This document shows, in pieces, positions 1 through 12,035 of a DNA stretch of 64,000 nt. A program made the translations under genes and the position numbers. The notes under the pieces were generated by a model, which did not search any database, was not told the origin of the DNA, and saw only the letters and a program-made list of their open reading frames with translations. The stretch comes from Nitrospirota bacterium (GTDB taxonomy: Bacteria > Nitrospirota > UBA9217): assembly GCA_963796285.1 (NCBI GenBank), contig CAWCKW010000012.1, positions 1,664,001-1,728,000 on the forward strand, in the 5' to 3' direction. Position 1 is the first letter of the stretch. The number at the start of each line of letters is the position of its first letter.

Positions 1-573
1 TTCGCCCTTCAGGCGGAACTCGTGGACCGCATCGTTGCCACGGTCAATACCGACGTCATCACCGCGAGCGAGCTCAGCGCTGCGGTAGCGCTCAACCAGC
101 GGCTCGGCAACGCCGATAAGGACCGGACAGCCCTGGAGGCAACAACCCTCGAGGGTCTTATCAACCGCAGGCTGCTCGTCCAGGAGGCACATCGGCTCAA
201 GTTCGTTGAAGTATCGGAACAGGATATCGGCGCAGAGGTCGAAAATGTCGTGAAACGATTCGCTTCGGAAAAGGAATTCAGCGATTTTCTGGCGGGGCTG
301 GACATGACCCGTCAGGAACTTGCCCGCATGCTCGGCGAGCAGCTTCTGGCCGAGCGGTTTGTGGAAAAGAAGGTCGGACTGTTTGTGCGGGTGAGTCGGG
401 AAGAGGAAGAGAGTTATTTCAACGGGCATGCCGCGGAGTTCAAGGACAAGCGTTTCCCGGATGTCCAGAAAATGATCCTCGCCCTTCTGACGGAACAAAA
501 GATGGGGTTACAGCTTACCCAGTATCTGGCGGAACTCCGCGGAAGAGCGGACATCAGGATCAGCGCGCGCTGA
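1..573 (+). CDS. SurA N-terminal domain chaperone-like protein (5' end outside the window)
   Basis: Frame is open from base 1; 'VDRIVATVNTDVITASEL...LEGLINRRLLVQEA...LAELRGRADI' is the typical SurA_N pattern. Confidence 0.8.
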   Translation, partial: FALQAELVDRIVATVNTDVITASELSAAVALNQRLGNADKDRTALEATTLEGLINRRLLVQEAHRLKFVEVSEQDIGAEVENVVKRFASEKEFSDFLAGLDMTRQELARMLGEQLLAERFVEKKVGLFVRVSREEEESYFNGHAAEFKDKRFPDVQKMILALLTEQKMGLQLTQYLAELRGRADIRISAR

Positions 574-629
574 CTGGGTTGCGCTGGTACCGCGGCAGGC
601 CACAGAGCGCATTTTTACAGCAGGATCGG

Positions 630-659
630 TTGACATCACAACAATGATTGTGCTATGGT
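630..659 (+). promoter_or_regulatory. sigma70 promoter of the TPR gene
   Basis: TTGACA-N18-TATGGT with an extended TG; GGAGG RBS before ATG 685. Confidence 0.55.
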
Positions 660-684
660 AGAAACACCAAGAGAGGAGGAGGCA

Positions 685-1132
685 ATGACGTATAATCGAT
701 CATTGATCTATGTTCTCACCGCCATGCTGAGCATGGCCGCTGCACCGGCATTTCCTGCGGAGGAGGTCTTCGACACTGCAACAGCTTCAAGACACCTGGA
801 ACAGGGTATTTCCCATTTAAAAGCAAAAGATTTTGATGCGGCAATAACCGAATTCGATGAGGCCGCCTCGATCTCGCCGGAAGCAGAAGCCTACTATTAC
901 CTCGGGTACGCGTACTATATGAAAAGCAAAAAAAGTGACGGGGAAAATCGGCAAAGGGCTTTGGAAAATTTCGACCGGGCGTACGAGATAGACCCGAACT
1001 TTTCACCGACCCGGTTCAAACCGTCCGAACCGGCCCCGCAACAGACCACCGACACCTGCGCGGGTTGCCGAGCCTGTTGCACCGCAGCCGGATGCGCCAC
1101 AAGCCCCGACTCCGGAACAGCCAAAACCATAA
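685..1132 (+). CDS. Secreted tetratricopeptide-repeat protein with a Pro-rich tail (probable indel near 1050)
   Basis: Signal peptide; TPR motifs (AEAYYYLGYAY, ALENFDRAYEIDP); the alternative frame continues TPARVAEPVAPQPDAPQAPTPEQPKP* to 1132. Confidence 0.75.
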
Positions 1133-1156
1133 GGACAGGTTAAGAACACTGTTCAT

Positions 1157-1192
1157 AAAAAAAGCCACCGGTCGAAACCGGTGGCTTTTTTT
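1157..1192. terminator. Bidirectional intrinsic terminator
   Basis: A7-GCCACCGGT-CGAA-ACCGGTGGC-T7 between convergent genes. Confidence 0.9.
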
Positions 1193-1242
1193 GAGGAACA
1201 GCGAGCATGTCTCCCCTGCGCTCGAAACATTGAACAGTCGCC

Positions 1243-2010
1243 CTACTCCATTCCCCCGGCCAGGTCCTGCATAAGCTGCCTGTTGATGAACGACCGGATC
1301 ATTGCCCGGTCCTCAGGCTTGATATGCGTAAATTTGATCCCCATGCCGGGGGTCCGAAGCGGCCCTTCACCGCTCTTGTAACTGTGAAGGACCGTCCCCA
1401 CCACCCTGATCACGTATTTTTGTAAAAAAATGGAAAACGGCATCTCGGTTCCGGCCATCCTCGGGTTGAGCGTGCTGACGTACATGCCATTCTCCGATAG
1501 TGCCGTCAGGCAATCAATGGGTGAACCATCGGCAGCGGCCTCATTGTCCACGATAACGCTCAGACAGACGCTCAGCCGGATATATCTGCGCGGCGTGATC
1601 TCCGCCGCTTTCTGAATGGTTGCGAACAACGCATCCGGCTCGGCAGGTTTGCTGAGAAACGCAGCACCCCCGTGGCGCAGACATGTTTCCTTCACTGAGG
1701 GATCTGATGACGAGGTGTAGCATATGACCGGAACCACCTGCGTATCCGTATTCTGTTTCATCCTGTTCATGAGTTCAAGTCCGCTCATTGCCGGCAGCGT
1801 CACGTCTGTCAGAACGAGCGAGGGCAGGGTGATGCTCATGATCTCCAGAGCATCTTCGGCCATCTTCGTCGTATAAATATTATAACCAAGCCGTTGCAGC
1901 AGAATACCGGTAGTGTAGAGTTGCGTGGCATCACCGTCGACAACAATGAGAAGCCGTTTTTTTCTTTCCTCTATTAACTGTTCCGAATCATGGGTCATTG
2001 TTTCGACCAT
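1243..2010 (-). CDS. Response regulator receiver + PilZ-like domain protein
   Basis: REC motifs (LVLTDVTLPAMSG, FLSKP); C-terminal RRYIR...LSENGMYV...GMGIKF PilZ-like motifs. Confidence 0.8.
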   Translation of the reverse strand: MVETMTHDSEQLIEERKKRLLIVVDGDATQLYTTGILLQRLGYNIYTTKMAEDALEIMSITLPSLVLTDVTLPAMSGLELMNRMKQNTDTQVVPVICYTSSSDPSVKETCLRHGGAAFLSKPAEPDALFATIQKAAEITPRRYIRLSVCLSVIVDNEAAADGSPIDCLTALSENGMYVSTLNPRMAGTEMPFSIFLQKYVIRVVGTVLHSYKSGEGPLRTPGMGIKFTHIKPEDRAMIRSFINRQLMQDLAGGME

Positions 2011-2062
2011 GGCACGTTCCTTCGCTCCTTTCACCCTGATGCCAGGACGTACACGAAGACGA

Positions 2063-2336
2063 TCACCCGCACGTTTTCAATTCAACCTCTGCCAGGTACC
2101 GCAGTGCATGCTCCCGGTCCATTCCGCATGATTCCGATGCCCGATAGGACAGGCACACCGCCGGCCGATCGGGTCTGCCGTACAATTCGCACTGGTTGTC
2201 CGGCGACAGTTGTACGCACCTGACCCCTGCCGGCTTTCCATCCGGCATACCGGGGATCCTGTGACGAAAGCGACGGCGCGATGCAACACGCGCCGCACCC
2301 GATGCGGCAGGAAATGATCTCATTCGCGGCAGTCAT
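2063..2336 (-). CDS. YkgJ-family cysteine-cluster protein (one indel near 2260)
   Basis: CRIGCGACCIAPSLSS joins IPGMPDGKPAGVRCVQL...CELYGRPDRPAVC in the neighbouring frame. Confidence 0.85.
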
Positions 2337-2468
2337 CTTCATGATTGTGTATGCGCCCAACCGCGAGCATGGCGACAGGCGGCAGATCCATCGGCGTGGC
2401 CGTCGTCATGATAAATCCCTCATCCCGCGCCAGCGCCGGGATAAGGAAATGCGATCGGCACGCGATAG

Positions 2469-2684
2469 TTATTTTCTTTCCGCCCGTTCCCGTTTCCTGC
2501 GCACGGTTATGCTCTCGCCGCCGATCCCCCAACTGTCGGTATCGACTTCCTCAATGACCACGACCGTGGTTTGCGGGTCCTTGCCGAGGACGTCCCTGAG
2601 CAGGTTCGTCACTCCCTGAATGAGCTGCGTTTTCTGCCCGGTCGTGGCGCCTTCTCTGGTAATCTTGATGTTTACGTACGGCAT
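2469..2684 (-). CDS. 4-oxalocrotonate tautomerase family protein
   Basis: N-terminal Pro (MPYVNIKIT), VVIEEVDTDSWGIGG, about 71 aa. Confidence 0.9.
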   Translation of the reverse strand: MPYVNIKITREGATTGQKTQLIQGVTNLLRDVLGKDPQTTVVVIEEVDTDSWGIGGESITVRRKRERAERK

Positions 2685-2767
2685 TGACACCTCCCGCTAT
2701 TCCTCATTCGGCAGTCTGCCCTCGTTTCCCTGTCTCCTCAGCTTCTTTCCCCCGACCTTTACGGGCC

Positions 2768-3379
2768 CTAAATCGGCAACCTGATTTTATATCGTATGGC
2801 AAGCATCCGCAAGAGAAAGGTGACGGAGATACAGGAGATGACCGCCACGATCTCATTTGCGCTCGTTTTGATAATAAGGAGATAGGTCAAGGCGCCCACA
2901 AAGGCGCAGGTCGCATACAACTCGGTTCTCGTGAACACGTACGGGATCTCGTTGCAGATGATGTCCCGCATCACCCCGCCGAAAACGCCCGTCGTTACCC
3001 CGATCAGCACCGACACGAACACATGATACCCGAAGGCGTTCGCGAGCGACGCGCCGGAGGCGCTGAAGAGCCCCAGGCCGAGCGCATCCAGCACTAAAAT
3101 GAACATTACGACGCCCTTGCGGTTCAGGACGTCCTTGATCACAACGATCGAAAGGACCGACAGCACCAGGAGGAGAAACGGGTACCAGTAGTGCTCTGCC
3201 CAGAACAGCGGGCGGCGGTCCAGGATGATGTCGCGCAGCGAACCGCCTCCGAAGGCCGTGATCATGCTGACGAAATAGACGCCGACGATGTCCATCCCCT
3301 TCTTCCGGGCCTGGTAAATTCCCGTAAGCGCAAAAGCGATGATGCCGAGTATCTCGATCGTTTTAATGAGCGTATTCAT
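2768..3379 (-). CDS. Trimeric intracellular cation channel family (YadS/UPF0126) membrane protein
   Basis: Two repeats AFGGGSLRDI and GVFGGVMRDI; LDALGLGLF; ELYATCA. Confidence 0.88.
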   Translation of the reverse strand: MNTLIKTIEILGIIAFALTGIYQARKKGMDIVGVYFVSMITAFGGGSLRDIILDRRPLFWAEHYWYPFLLLVLSVLSIVVIKDVLNRKGVVMFILVLDALGLGLFSASGASLANAFGYHVFVSVLIGVTTGVFGGVMRDIICNEIPYVFTRTELYATCAFVGALTYLLIIKTSANEIVAVISCISVTFLLRMLAIRYKIRLPI

Positions 3380-3438
3380 GGGCGCAATGGACGTATCCCG
3401 CGGCTGAGCATTTGGGCGCAGTGTCGCTCTTTCTCCCG

Positions 3439-4884
<1,446 letters not shown>

Positions 4885-4975
4885 AAGATTAACCCCGCAT
4901 TGCGCAGAGCGCATAAGGCATGGTTTGCTCTCGCTCTCTGCTCTCTGCTCTCTCGCTCTCTCGCTCTCTGCAGTT

Positions 4976-6076
4976 TCATCCCGCCAGCGGAAGATACACG
5001 CTGAACGTCGTGCCTTCGTTCTCATGGCTCTCGACGCGGATCGTCCCCAGATGTTCCTGCACGATCTGGTAGGAGAGCGCCAGGCCCAGCCCCACGCCCC
5101 GGTCCTTGGTCGTGAAAAAGGGGGTGAAAATGTCCTGCAAGTGCTCCTGCTTGATGCCGGGACCGGTGTCGCTCACCTTCACGACCATGAGCTGGTGTTT
5201 TTTCCCGTCAGCCTGCACGGTCGTGAACAGGTCCGACACCCTCGTCATGACCGTGAGCTTCCCGCCCTTCGGCATGGCCTCTACGGCGTTCTTGATGATG
5301 TTCAGGAACACCTGGACAAGCTGGTCCTCGTTGCCCGTGATGTCCGGCAGACTCGGATCGTACATCCGGGAAAGGACCACGCCGCTCTGCTTCGCGTTCT
5401 CCTCGTTCAACAACAGCACCCGGTCGAGGATGCTGTGGATATTGTGGTCCTTCATCTCGCGGGACTTGAGCCGCGTGAAATCGAGGATCCCCTCCAGCAC
5501 GTTGTTCAGCCGGTCCGCTTCCTTCAGGATCACGTCAAGATATTCATCGAAGCCCTTGCCGGTGCCGGTGCGGAGCTCCGACTGCATGAGCTGCGCCGCT
5601 CCCCGGATGCCCACGAGCGGGTTCTTGACCTCATGGGCAATGCCCGCAGCGATCGTCCCGAGCGTGGCCAGCCGGTCCGATCTTCGCATGCGCTCCTTGA
5701 GGTCCCTGACGCCGGACTGGTCCCGGATTGTCAGGATCACCCCGAGGGGCATGCCATCGTCGTCCATCAGCACGCTCGTCACCAGGCCCACCGGGCGCAG
5801 AGGCCCATGCTTCACAACGAGATCCGCCTCGTAATCCGAATAGGACCGTCCGGAGGCGAGTGTTTTTTCGATCAGACCAACCACTGCCGGGTTGTCGGAA
5901 AGCGCGGCATTCACGCTCTTCCCGATGGCGTCAGCGCCCGCGATGCCGGTCATCTCCTCGGCAGCGCGGTTCCAGATAATGACCCGGTTGGCGGCATCGG
6001 TCACGATCACGCCGTCAATGATACCGGTCAGAATGTCCGCGGTCAGTTCCTGTATGCGGGGCGAGAGCGACTCCAT
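4976..6076 (-). CDS. ntrB: NtrB-like PAS-domain sensor histidine kinase
   Basis: PAS domain, H-box AHEVKNPLVGIRGAAQL, YDPSLP, N/G/F boxes. Confidence 0.8.
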   Translation of the reverse strand: MESLSPRIQELTADILTGIIDGVIVTDAANRVIIWNRAAEEMTGIAGADAIGKSVNAALSDNPAVVGLIEKTLASGRSYSDYEADLVVKHGPLRPVGLVTSVLMDDDGMPLGVILTIRDQSGVRDLKERMRRSDRLATLGTIAAGIAHEVKNPLVGIRGAAQLMQSELRTGTGKGFDEYLDVILKEADRLNNVLEGILDFTRLKSREMKDHNIHSILDRVLLLNEENAKQSGVVLSRMYDPSLPDITGNEDQLVQVFLNIIKNAVEAMPKGGKLTVMTRVSDLFTTVQADGKKHQLMVVKVSDTGPGIKQEHLQDIFTPFFTTKDRGVGLGLALSYQIVQEHLGTIRVESHENEGTTFSVYLPLAG

Positions 6077-6081
6077 GCTTA

Positions 6082-6110
6082 TTGATAGCACAATATATTT
6101 GAGTATTCAA
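6082..6110 (-). promoter_or_regulatory. Putative sigma70 promoter of ntrBC (leaderless-type spacing)
   Basis: TTGAAT-N17-TATCAA ends 5 nt before the ATG; no obvious RBS. Confidence 0.35.
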
Positions 6111-6223
6111 GCGATTTCATGGTAAAGTACTGGTCCGATTTCGGATTGCGGAATGAACTGCAAAGCAAGAAAGTCGGCTTTTTCAATCCGCAATCTGCAT
6201 TCCGAAATCCGCAATGCATTTCT

Positions 6224-7126
6224 ATGCTCAACTCCAAGCTCATACTCGTGTCCGTCATCTGGGGCGTGAACTTCGCTTTTGTCAAGTACGCCCTCGCCGA
6301 CTTCCTGCCCCTGAGCTTTACGATCGTGCGGTTCTCGCTCGCAGCGCTGTTTCTCTTCCTGGTCATGCTCATACGTCGCGAGTCTCTTGCCCTTGAACGC
6401 CGTGATCTCGGTGCGATCATCAAGCTCGGCATCATCGGGATCACGCTGTACAATCTTCTTTTCATGGAGGGGCTCAACAATACCACGGCCTCGAACTCGG
6501 CCCTGTTCATCTCGTCCTCGCCGCTCTTCGCTGTGCTCATCCTCTCGCTGTCAAAAAGGGAGCGCATTCATGCGCATATCGCTGCGAGTCTGGCGCTGGC
6601 AACACTCGGGGTCTTTCTTATCATCCAGGACAAGTCCGGCGGCCTCAGTTTCTCCCGCCGCGATCTCGCCGGCGACCTGCTCACCATCTGCGCAGCCGCA
6701 TTCTGGGCGCTTTACACCGTAAAGGCCGGTCCGCTGCTCGAAAAATATTCCGCCCTCAAGGTCACGGCGTACAGCATGGCAGCGGGGACCGTGTTGCTTC
6801 TGCCGATCGGCTCGTACGAGCTCCTGCATCAGCCCTGGGGTACCGTGTCGGTCCGGTCCTGGGCTGCGTTAGCGTTCTCCGCATTCATCTCCGGCGGGGT
6901 CGGCTTCACCCTCTGGTACCAGGGAGTGCAAAAGATCGGCGTCACCCGCACGATCGTGTACCATTACATCGTGCCCTTTGTGGCCGTGCTTTTTGCGGCC
7001 CTGTTCCTGGGAGAACGGATCACCTTTCCCCAGATCGCCGGCGGCATATCCATTCTCGCCGGTGTGTATCTGGTGCAGAGGAAAACACCCGAAGGTGTGA
7101 AGGGTGAACGGCAGGACGCTCGGTAA
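6224..7126 (+). CDS. DMT/EamA family transporter
   Basis: IWGVNF...RF..A, two EamA repeats, LFLGERIT. Confidence 0.9.
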   Translation: MLNSKLILVSVIWGVNFAFVKYALADFLPLSFTIVRFSLAALFLFLVMLIRRESLALERRDLGAIIKLGIIGITLYNLLFMEGLNNTTASNSALFISSSPLFAVLILSLSKRERIHAHIAASLALATLGVFLIIQDKSGGLSFSRRDLAGDLLTICAAAFWALYTVKAGPLLEKYSALKVTAYSMAAGTVLLLPIGSYELLHQPWGTVSVRSWAALAFSAFISGGVGFTLWYQGVQKIGVTRTIVYHYIVPFVAVLFAALFLGERITFPQIAGGISILAGVYLVQRKTPEGVKGERQDAR

Positions 7127-7185
7127 TGCATACTCATTTGCCCCAAGGATTCCTGATCGCGTTCCCGCCTTTCCGCTATATCGCC

Positions 7186-8541
7186 CTAACGTGTATACCC
7201 CGCCTCTCCATGCTGGCTGATATCAAGGCCTTCGGTCTCCTGCTCCGCGTCGACCCTGAGCCCGATTACCATATCGATGATCTTGAACAGGCCCAGGCTG
7301 ACCGCAAATGAATAGACAGCGACCAGGGCAACAGATCCTATCTGTACGGCAAGCTGTTTCGGATTTCCGAAGAGCAGTCCGTTCGCGCCGGCAGCATTGA
7401 TGGCGACCGATGCAAAGACCCCGGCCATGATCGTCCCGAGTGTTCCTCCAACGCCATGCACGCCGAAGGCATCGAGCGAGTCGTCATATTTGAACTTGGT
7501 CTTGGCGTTCAGCGCGATATAACAGAGAACACCGGCTGCCATGCCAATGAAAAGAGCAGACATCGGGCCCACGAAACCGGCTGCCGGTGTGATCGTGGCA
7601 AGGCCGGCTATTGCGCCGGTCGCCGCGCCGAACATGGTCGGCTTTCCGCGGTGCATCCACTCGACAAAGGTCCAGGTGAGCGTTGCTGAAACAGCCGCCG
7701 TATGGGTAGTCACAAAAGCCATGGTCGCAAGCGATCCCGAGGACAGGGCGCTGCCGGCATTGAACCCGAACCACCCGAACCAGAGAAGTCCGGCCCCGAG
7801 CACGGTCATGGGCAGGTCATGAGGCGGCATATGCTCCTGCAAAAATCCCTTTCTCTTCCCTATATAGAGCGCGGCGGCAAGGGCGGAAAAGCCCGACGTA
7901 GCATGCACAACAATGCCGCCGGCAAAGTCAAGGACCCCAAGGTTTTTCAACCATCCGCCTGCGCCCCAGACCCAGTGGGCCACGGGATCGTACACGATCG
8001 TGGTCCAGGCCAGCGTAAACAGGAGAAACGAGGAGAATTTTATCCGTTCCGCAAACGCGCCGCTGATGAGCGCCGGCGTGATGACCGCGAACATCATCTG
8101 GTAGACCATGAATGCAAGGTGCGGCACGGTGGGCGCGTAATCCGCATTCGGCGTCAGGCCGACATTGCCCAGCCCTGCCCAACTCAGATTACCGATAACG
8201 CCGTTCACATCAGGACCGAAAGATAGCGAGTAACCAAAAAGGATCCATTGGATACTCACCAGTGCGATCGCGATGAAACTGTGCATGATCGTCCCGAGCA
8301 CGTTCTTGCTCCTCACCATCCCGCCGTAGAACAAGGCGAGGCCTGGCGTCATGAGCATGACCAGCGCCGTAGACATCAGGACCCAGGCTGTATCACCTGA
8401 GTCTATCTTTGCAATCGCTGTGCCAACGGGTGTAACAGTCGCTGTTGGTGAAATATCCTGTGCCATTGCTACAAGCGGTACGAGGACGAGCATGCAGAAC
8501 AGTAAAACCATAAAGAACCGATTTAACCTTCTTTCAACCAT
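7186..8541 (-). CDS. amtB: Ammonium transporter 1
   Basis: [48 protein letters not shown]. Confidence 0.95.
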   Translation of the reverse strand: MVERRLNRFFMVLLFCMLVLVPLVAMAQDISPTATVTPVGTAIAKIDSGDTAWVLMSTALVMLMTPGLALFYGGMVRSKNVLGTIMHSFIAIALVSIQWILFGYSLSFGPDVNGVIGNLSWAGLGNVGLTPNADYAPTVPHLAFMVYQMMFAVITPALISGAFAERIKFSSFLLFTLAWTTIVYDPVAHWVWGAGGWLKNLGVLDFAGGIVVHATSGFSALAAALYIGKRKGFLQEHMPPHDLPMTVLGAGLLWFGWFGFNAGSALSSGSLATMAFVTTHTAAVSATLTWTFVEWMHRGKPTMFGAATGAIAGLATITPAAGFVGPMSALFIGMAAGVLCYIALNAKTKFKYDDSLDAFGVHGVGGTLGTIMAGVFASVAINAAGANGLLFGNPKQLAVQIGSVALVAVYSFAVSLGLFKIIDMVIGLRVDAEQETEGLDISQHGEAGYTR

Positions 8542-8849
8542 TGAATCCCCTCCTCACTGAAATGATTATATTGTCCAAGATTTACCACAGAGCACACTGA
8601 GAGCGAATTGAAAATATGGAGAAAGTACTCCGTGGTCCCCCTTCTGTGCCCTTTTGTTCTTCGCTTTGCTTATTGTTTATTCATGTCATTTAATAAAAGA
8701 GAACACATATCATTTTATTGATAAAGAAGTACATTGTTGTTGGGTGTTCTTCAGCCATTTTTCAGTGCCTTCTTTATTTTCCTTTTTCGCTTCAAATTTT
8801 CATACTGCAGAAATGATTGCTTATCACGTAACCACTCGCCTCATTTAGT

Positions 8850-8865
8850 AGCAAGTGATATGCCA
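8850..8865 (-). promoter_or_regulatory. sigma54 (-24/-12) promoter of amtB1
   Basis: TGGCATATCACTTGCT (GG-N10-GC). Confidence 0.85.
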
Positions 8866-8958
8866 CACTTCGATCTGGCGGCAGTCGCGCAAATTATTTG
8901 ATTTTATTGCATAAATAGTATTGTTGCGCAGGGCTGTATTTTACGTAAGCATTTATTC

Positions 8959-8994
8959 AGATGATAAAATAGGCATGTGATTAATTAGTGGGCA
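8959..8994. promoter_or_regulatory. Tandem 17-bp NtrC-like enhancer boxes (amtB1)
   Basis: AGATGATAAAATAGGCA and TGATTAATTAGTGGGCA at a 19-bp period, about 95 bp upstream of the sigma54 site. Confidence 0.6.
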
Positions 8995-9130
8995 TGCCTC
9001 ACGATTAATTATAAAGGCGAGGTATGATATCTCTCATATGCTCTTTCCCTTAGTTTATATATGATAAATGAAGTAAACCCTCCGATAAAATAGCAGAACT
9101 CGGCTGATACAAGTCTTCCTAAATTAATTA

Positions 9131-9159
9131 TTGACAAGTAATTATTATTATGATATAGT
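9131..9159 (+). promoter_or_regulatory. sigma70 promoter of the perR operon within an AT-rich putative Fur/Per box
   Basis: TTGACA-N17-TATAGT with an extended TG; AATTATTATTAT repeats overlap the promoter. Confidence 0.65.
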
Positions 9160-9183
9160 CATTCCAATTTAAACGATCGCCAA

Positions 9184-9576
9184 ATGGAAAAATACAGGCA
9201 CATAGGTTTTAAGCTGACTCCCCAGCGGATCGCTATCCTCGACTATCTTGAGGGGAATAAAGATCATCCTTCCGTTGATGATATTTATAAGGCAGTATCA
9301 GAAAAATTCACGACCATGTCGCTTGCCACTGTTTACACGACGCTGGCTGCGCTTAAAGAACTGGGAAACGTGCTCGAGCTGACCGTAGATCCGGATAAAA
9401 AACGGTATGACCCGACAACGGAGAGCCATAATCACATGATCTGTATTTCCTGCAAACGGATCGTTGATATCCCCGGTGAAAACCAGCTCGATCTTTCTGA
9501 AATTGCAAGGCAGAATTTTACGGTGATCAAGAGTCATCTCGAGGTCCACGGGCTCTGCCCGGAATGTAAAAAATAA
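9184..9576 (+). CDS. perR: Fur-family regulator, PerR-like
   Basis: LTPQRIAI, HPSVDDIY, SLATVY, HNHMICISC, GLCPEC; leads an oxidative-stress operon. Confidence 0.8.
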   Translation: MEKYRHIGFKLTPQRIAILDYLEGNKDHPSVDDIYKAVSEKFTTMSLATVYTTLAALKELGNVLELTVDPDKKRYDPTTESHNHMICISCKRIVDIPGENQLDLSEIARQNFTVIKSHLEVHGLCPECKK

Positions 9577-9601
9577 AATAAAATGATAAAGGAGGCTGTA
9601 C

Positions 9602-10054
9602 ATGTGCGTAGATCATAGTATCAATTGCTTGTGCGGAAAGAATGCTGCGAGCTTCAATTTTCGCGATGAGGTGCTGCCTTTTGAGGCCATAACAAAACTG
9701 CACTGCCCGGTATGTTCGCAAGGCGTCTCCCCTGACCCTGCAACCATGCTGGCAGACAATGGATGGATCATCGGATTTGATATGGATGTAGCGCGCTTCA
9801 TGCTGCAAAACGTCGCTCCCGCCGATATGGTGACACCCGCGTACATATTTGACGAGGGCTATTGCACCTGGCGGGGGGTGACCCCTACGGACCACATTGA
9901 TTCCGTCAAAGAGCGCGAGGCGCTCGTGCAGCTTGCCAAGACGGATCGCAAACGCTACTTTGAAGAGATCAAGACCTGGGGCAATAAGAGGATGGAGCGT
10001 CTCGCACGGGAAGGATGGAGGAAAGCAAATGAAAGAGAACCCGTCAAAACATAA
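9602..10054 (+). CDS. Conserved hypothetical Cys-containing protein
   Basis: GGAGG RBS; CxC and CxxC motifs; lies in the perR operon. Confidence 0.7.
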   Translation: MCVDHSINCLCGKNAASFNFRDEVLPFEAITKLHCPVCSQGVSPDPATMLADNGWIIGFDMDVARFMLQNVAPADMVTPAYIFDEGYCTWRGVTPTDHIDSVKEREALVQLAKTDRKRYFEEIKTWGNKRMERLAREGWRKANEREPVKT

Positions 10055-10213
10055 AACCGGTAAGCCCGCGGAACGAAGATCATTGCGGTACCGGATATCA
10101 TTACGACCTGCCCCAAATGCGGCGGTGAATTGGGCATCTGGTCGGAGGAGAACGAGACCCTGTGCATCTTCTGCGATCACAAGGTCTTTGAAAAGGAAAA
10201 AACCATTCACTGA
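10029..10213 (+). CDS. Small zinc-ribbon/rubredoxin-like protein (indel near 10070)
   Basis: MKENPSKHK... joins AVPDIITTCPKCGGELGIWSEENETLCIFCDHKVFEKEKTIH*. Confidence 0.6.
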
Positions 10214-10228
10214 CTTCGAGGGTTGTGC

Positions 10229-10729
10229 ATGGACATCGAAATAGAAAAAGACATCAATGTAATAAAGATTCCAGGCGGCTTCAGCGTGGACGGGCTGGCT
10301 CTCAAAATGGAAAATGCGGGTGCACTTCGGTGCTGCCCTGCTGCTACAGCTGGTCCAAGGTAAGGCAGCGCGGAAACACCTTTCTGTTCACTGCCAAGCT
10401 CTCAGGACCAGACTCACGAGAAGGCTTTATCTGGAGTTATACGGTAAAAAAGAGCGATTCCATGGTCGAGGTGACCGTGGAGGATGCGCGGGACAAAACG
10501 ATCTTTTCGGGATATTATCCGCCGACCCTCGAGGAGTGGACTGCGAAAGGTTGGGAAATCAGTAACAAAGGCGGGCGAGCGGGAAGACTTCGGCTTGTGG
10601 CGCTGCTCCGCCTGCAAATGGTTGTACAAGGAAAAGGACCAGAAGGTAAAATTCGAAGACCTGCCTTCGATGACTGGAAATGCCCGGCCTGCAAGGTCCG
10701 GAAAAGACTTCTTTGAACAAGTCGGCTAA
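10229..10729 (+). CDS. Unknown N-terminal domain fused to a C-terminal rubredoxin (several indels)
   Basis: MDIEIEKDINVIKIPGG...KCGCTSVLPCCY...WRCSACKWLY...FEDLP.DWKCPACK. Confidence 0.65.
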
Positions 10730-10824
10730 ATTGCGAACCTCTGATACCCCCTCCCGCATTTTTTGCTATACTAGAGAATATTCCGAGCTAGCGATGTTAT
10801 CTTACACCCATGGAGGAAACGATC

Positions 10825-11404
10825 ATGCCATACGCACCAAAGGATTATACGAAGCTTGTAGGGATGGAGGGATTCAGCGAAACAATACTAAAGAACCATT
10901 TTACGCTCTATCAGGGCTACGTGACGAACACAAACAAGGTGCTCGATACCCTGGATCAGATGAGCAAGGATGGCAAGACCGCGCTACCCGAGTTTGCTGA
11001 ATTGAAACGACGGCTTGGCTGGGAATTCAACGGCATGCGGCTTCATGAATATTACTTTGAGAACCTTGGCAGCAAAGGCGGCATCAGCAAGGACGGCAAG
11101 GCCGCCAAGGCGATCGCGGCGAGTTTCGGGAGCATTAGAAGCCTGGGAGAAGGACTTCAGGGCCACCGGGGCCATGCGCGGCATCGGCTGGGTCGTTTTG
11201 TACCAGGACACCAGCTCCAACAGACTTATCAATTTCTGGGTCAACGAGCATGATACCGCTCACCCCGCTGGATGCAATCCCCTCCTCATCATGGACGTGT
11301 TCGAACATGCCTTCATGCTCGATTATGGGCTGAAACGGGCCGACTATATCGAGGCATTTTTCAAGAACATCAACTGGTCCGCGGTTGACGCACGGGTCAA
11401 ATAA
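10825..11404 (+). CDS. Fe/Mn superoxide dismutase family protein (indel near 11130)
   Basis: HFTLYQGYV, NGMRLHEYYF, GIGWVVL, MDVFEHAF...YIEAFFKNINW. Confidence 0.88.
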
Positions 11405-11536
11405 GTATCGTTTTCTCCCCCGGGGCGGGGATGTACAGGCAACTGCATCCCCGCCTCACCTCCTCCTTCAACGGAGTTCAGCCAGATCATTAACATTCAA
11501 ATGCCAATGCATATTATCGAAAGGAGCACTTCAGCA

Positions 11537-12032
11537 ATGTCAAACATCGGAAAAGAACCTGCAGGACGCATTTGCCGGGGAATCCCAGGCGAACAGGAAA
11601 TACCTCGCCTTCGCGAAAAAGGCGGAAGCGGAAGGCCACAAACAGGTGGCAAAACTGTTCCGCGCTGCTGCCGCGGCCGAGACCATCCATGCCCATAATC
11701 ACCTGAGGGTGCTCGGCGTCGTTAAGTCGACCAGGGACAACTTGATGGATGCCATCAACGGCGAATCCTACGAGTTCCAGAAAATGTATCCCCAGATGAT
11801 CGCCGATGCACAGGCAGAGGGCAACAGCAAGGCACTGCAGAGCTTTAACTATGCGAATGAGGTGGAAAAGGTGCATGCAGCGCTCTATCAAAAAGCGCTC
11901 GACAGCCTTGGCACGAACAAGGACATGGACTATTATATCTGTTCCGTCTGCGGGTATACCGCCGAGGGCGAGGCGCCTGATGAATGCCCTGTCTGTAAAG
12001 CGAAAAAGCAGGCATTTCACAAGGTGGAATAA
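11537..12032 (+). CDS. rbr: Rubrerythrin (indel just after the start codon)
   Basis: NLQDAFAGESQANRKY, ETIHA, GESYEFQKMYP, EKVH, C-terminal CSVCG/CPVC. Confidence 0.92.
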
Positions 12033-12035
12033 CGC

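Noticed and set aside
8545-8845. Long AT-rich leader of amtB1 as a leader peptide or sRNA
   Set aside because: Only very short ORFs without a convincing RBS, and no structure apart from a palindromic repeat element.
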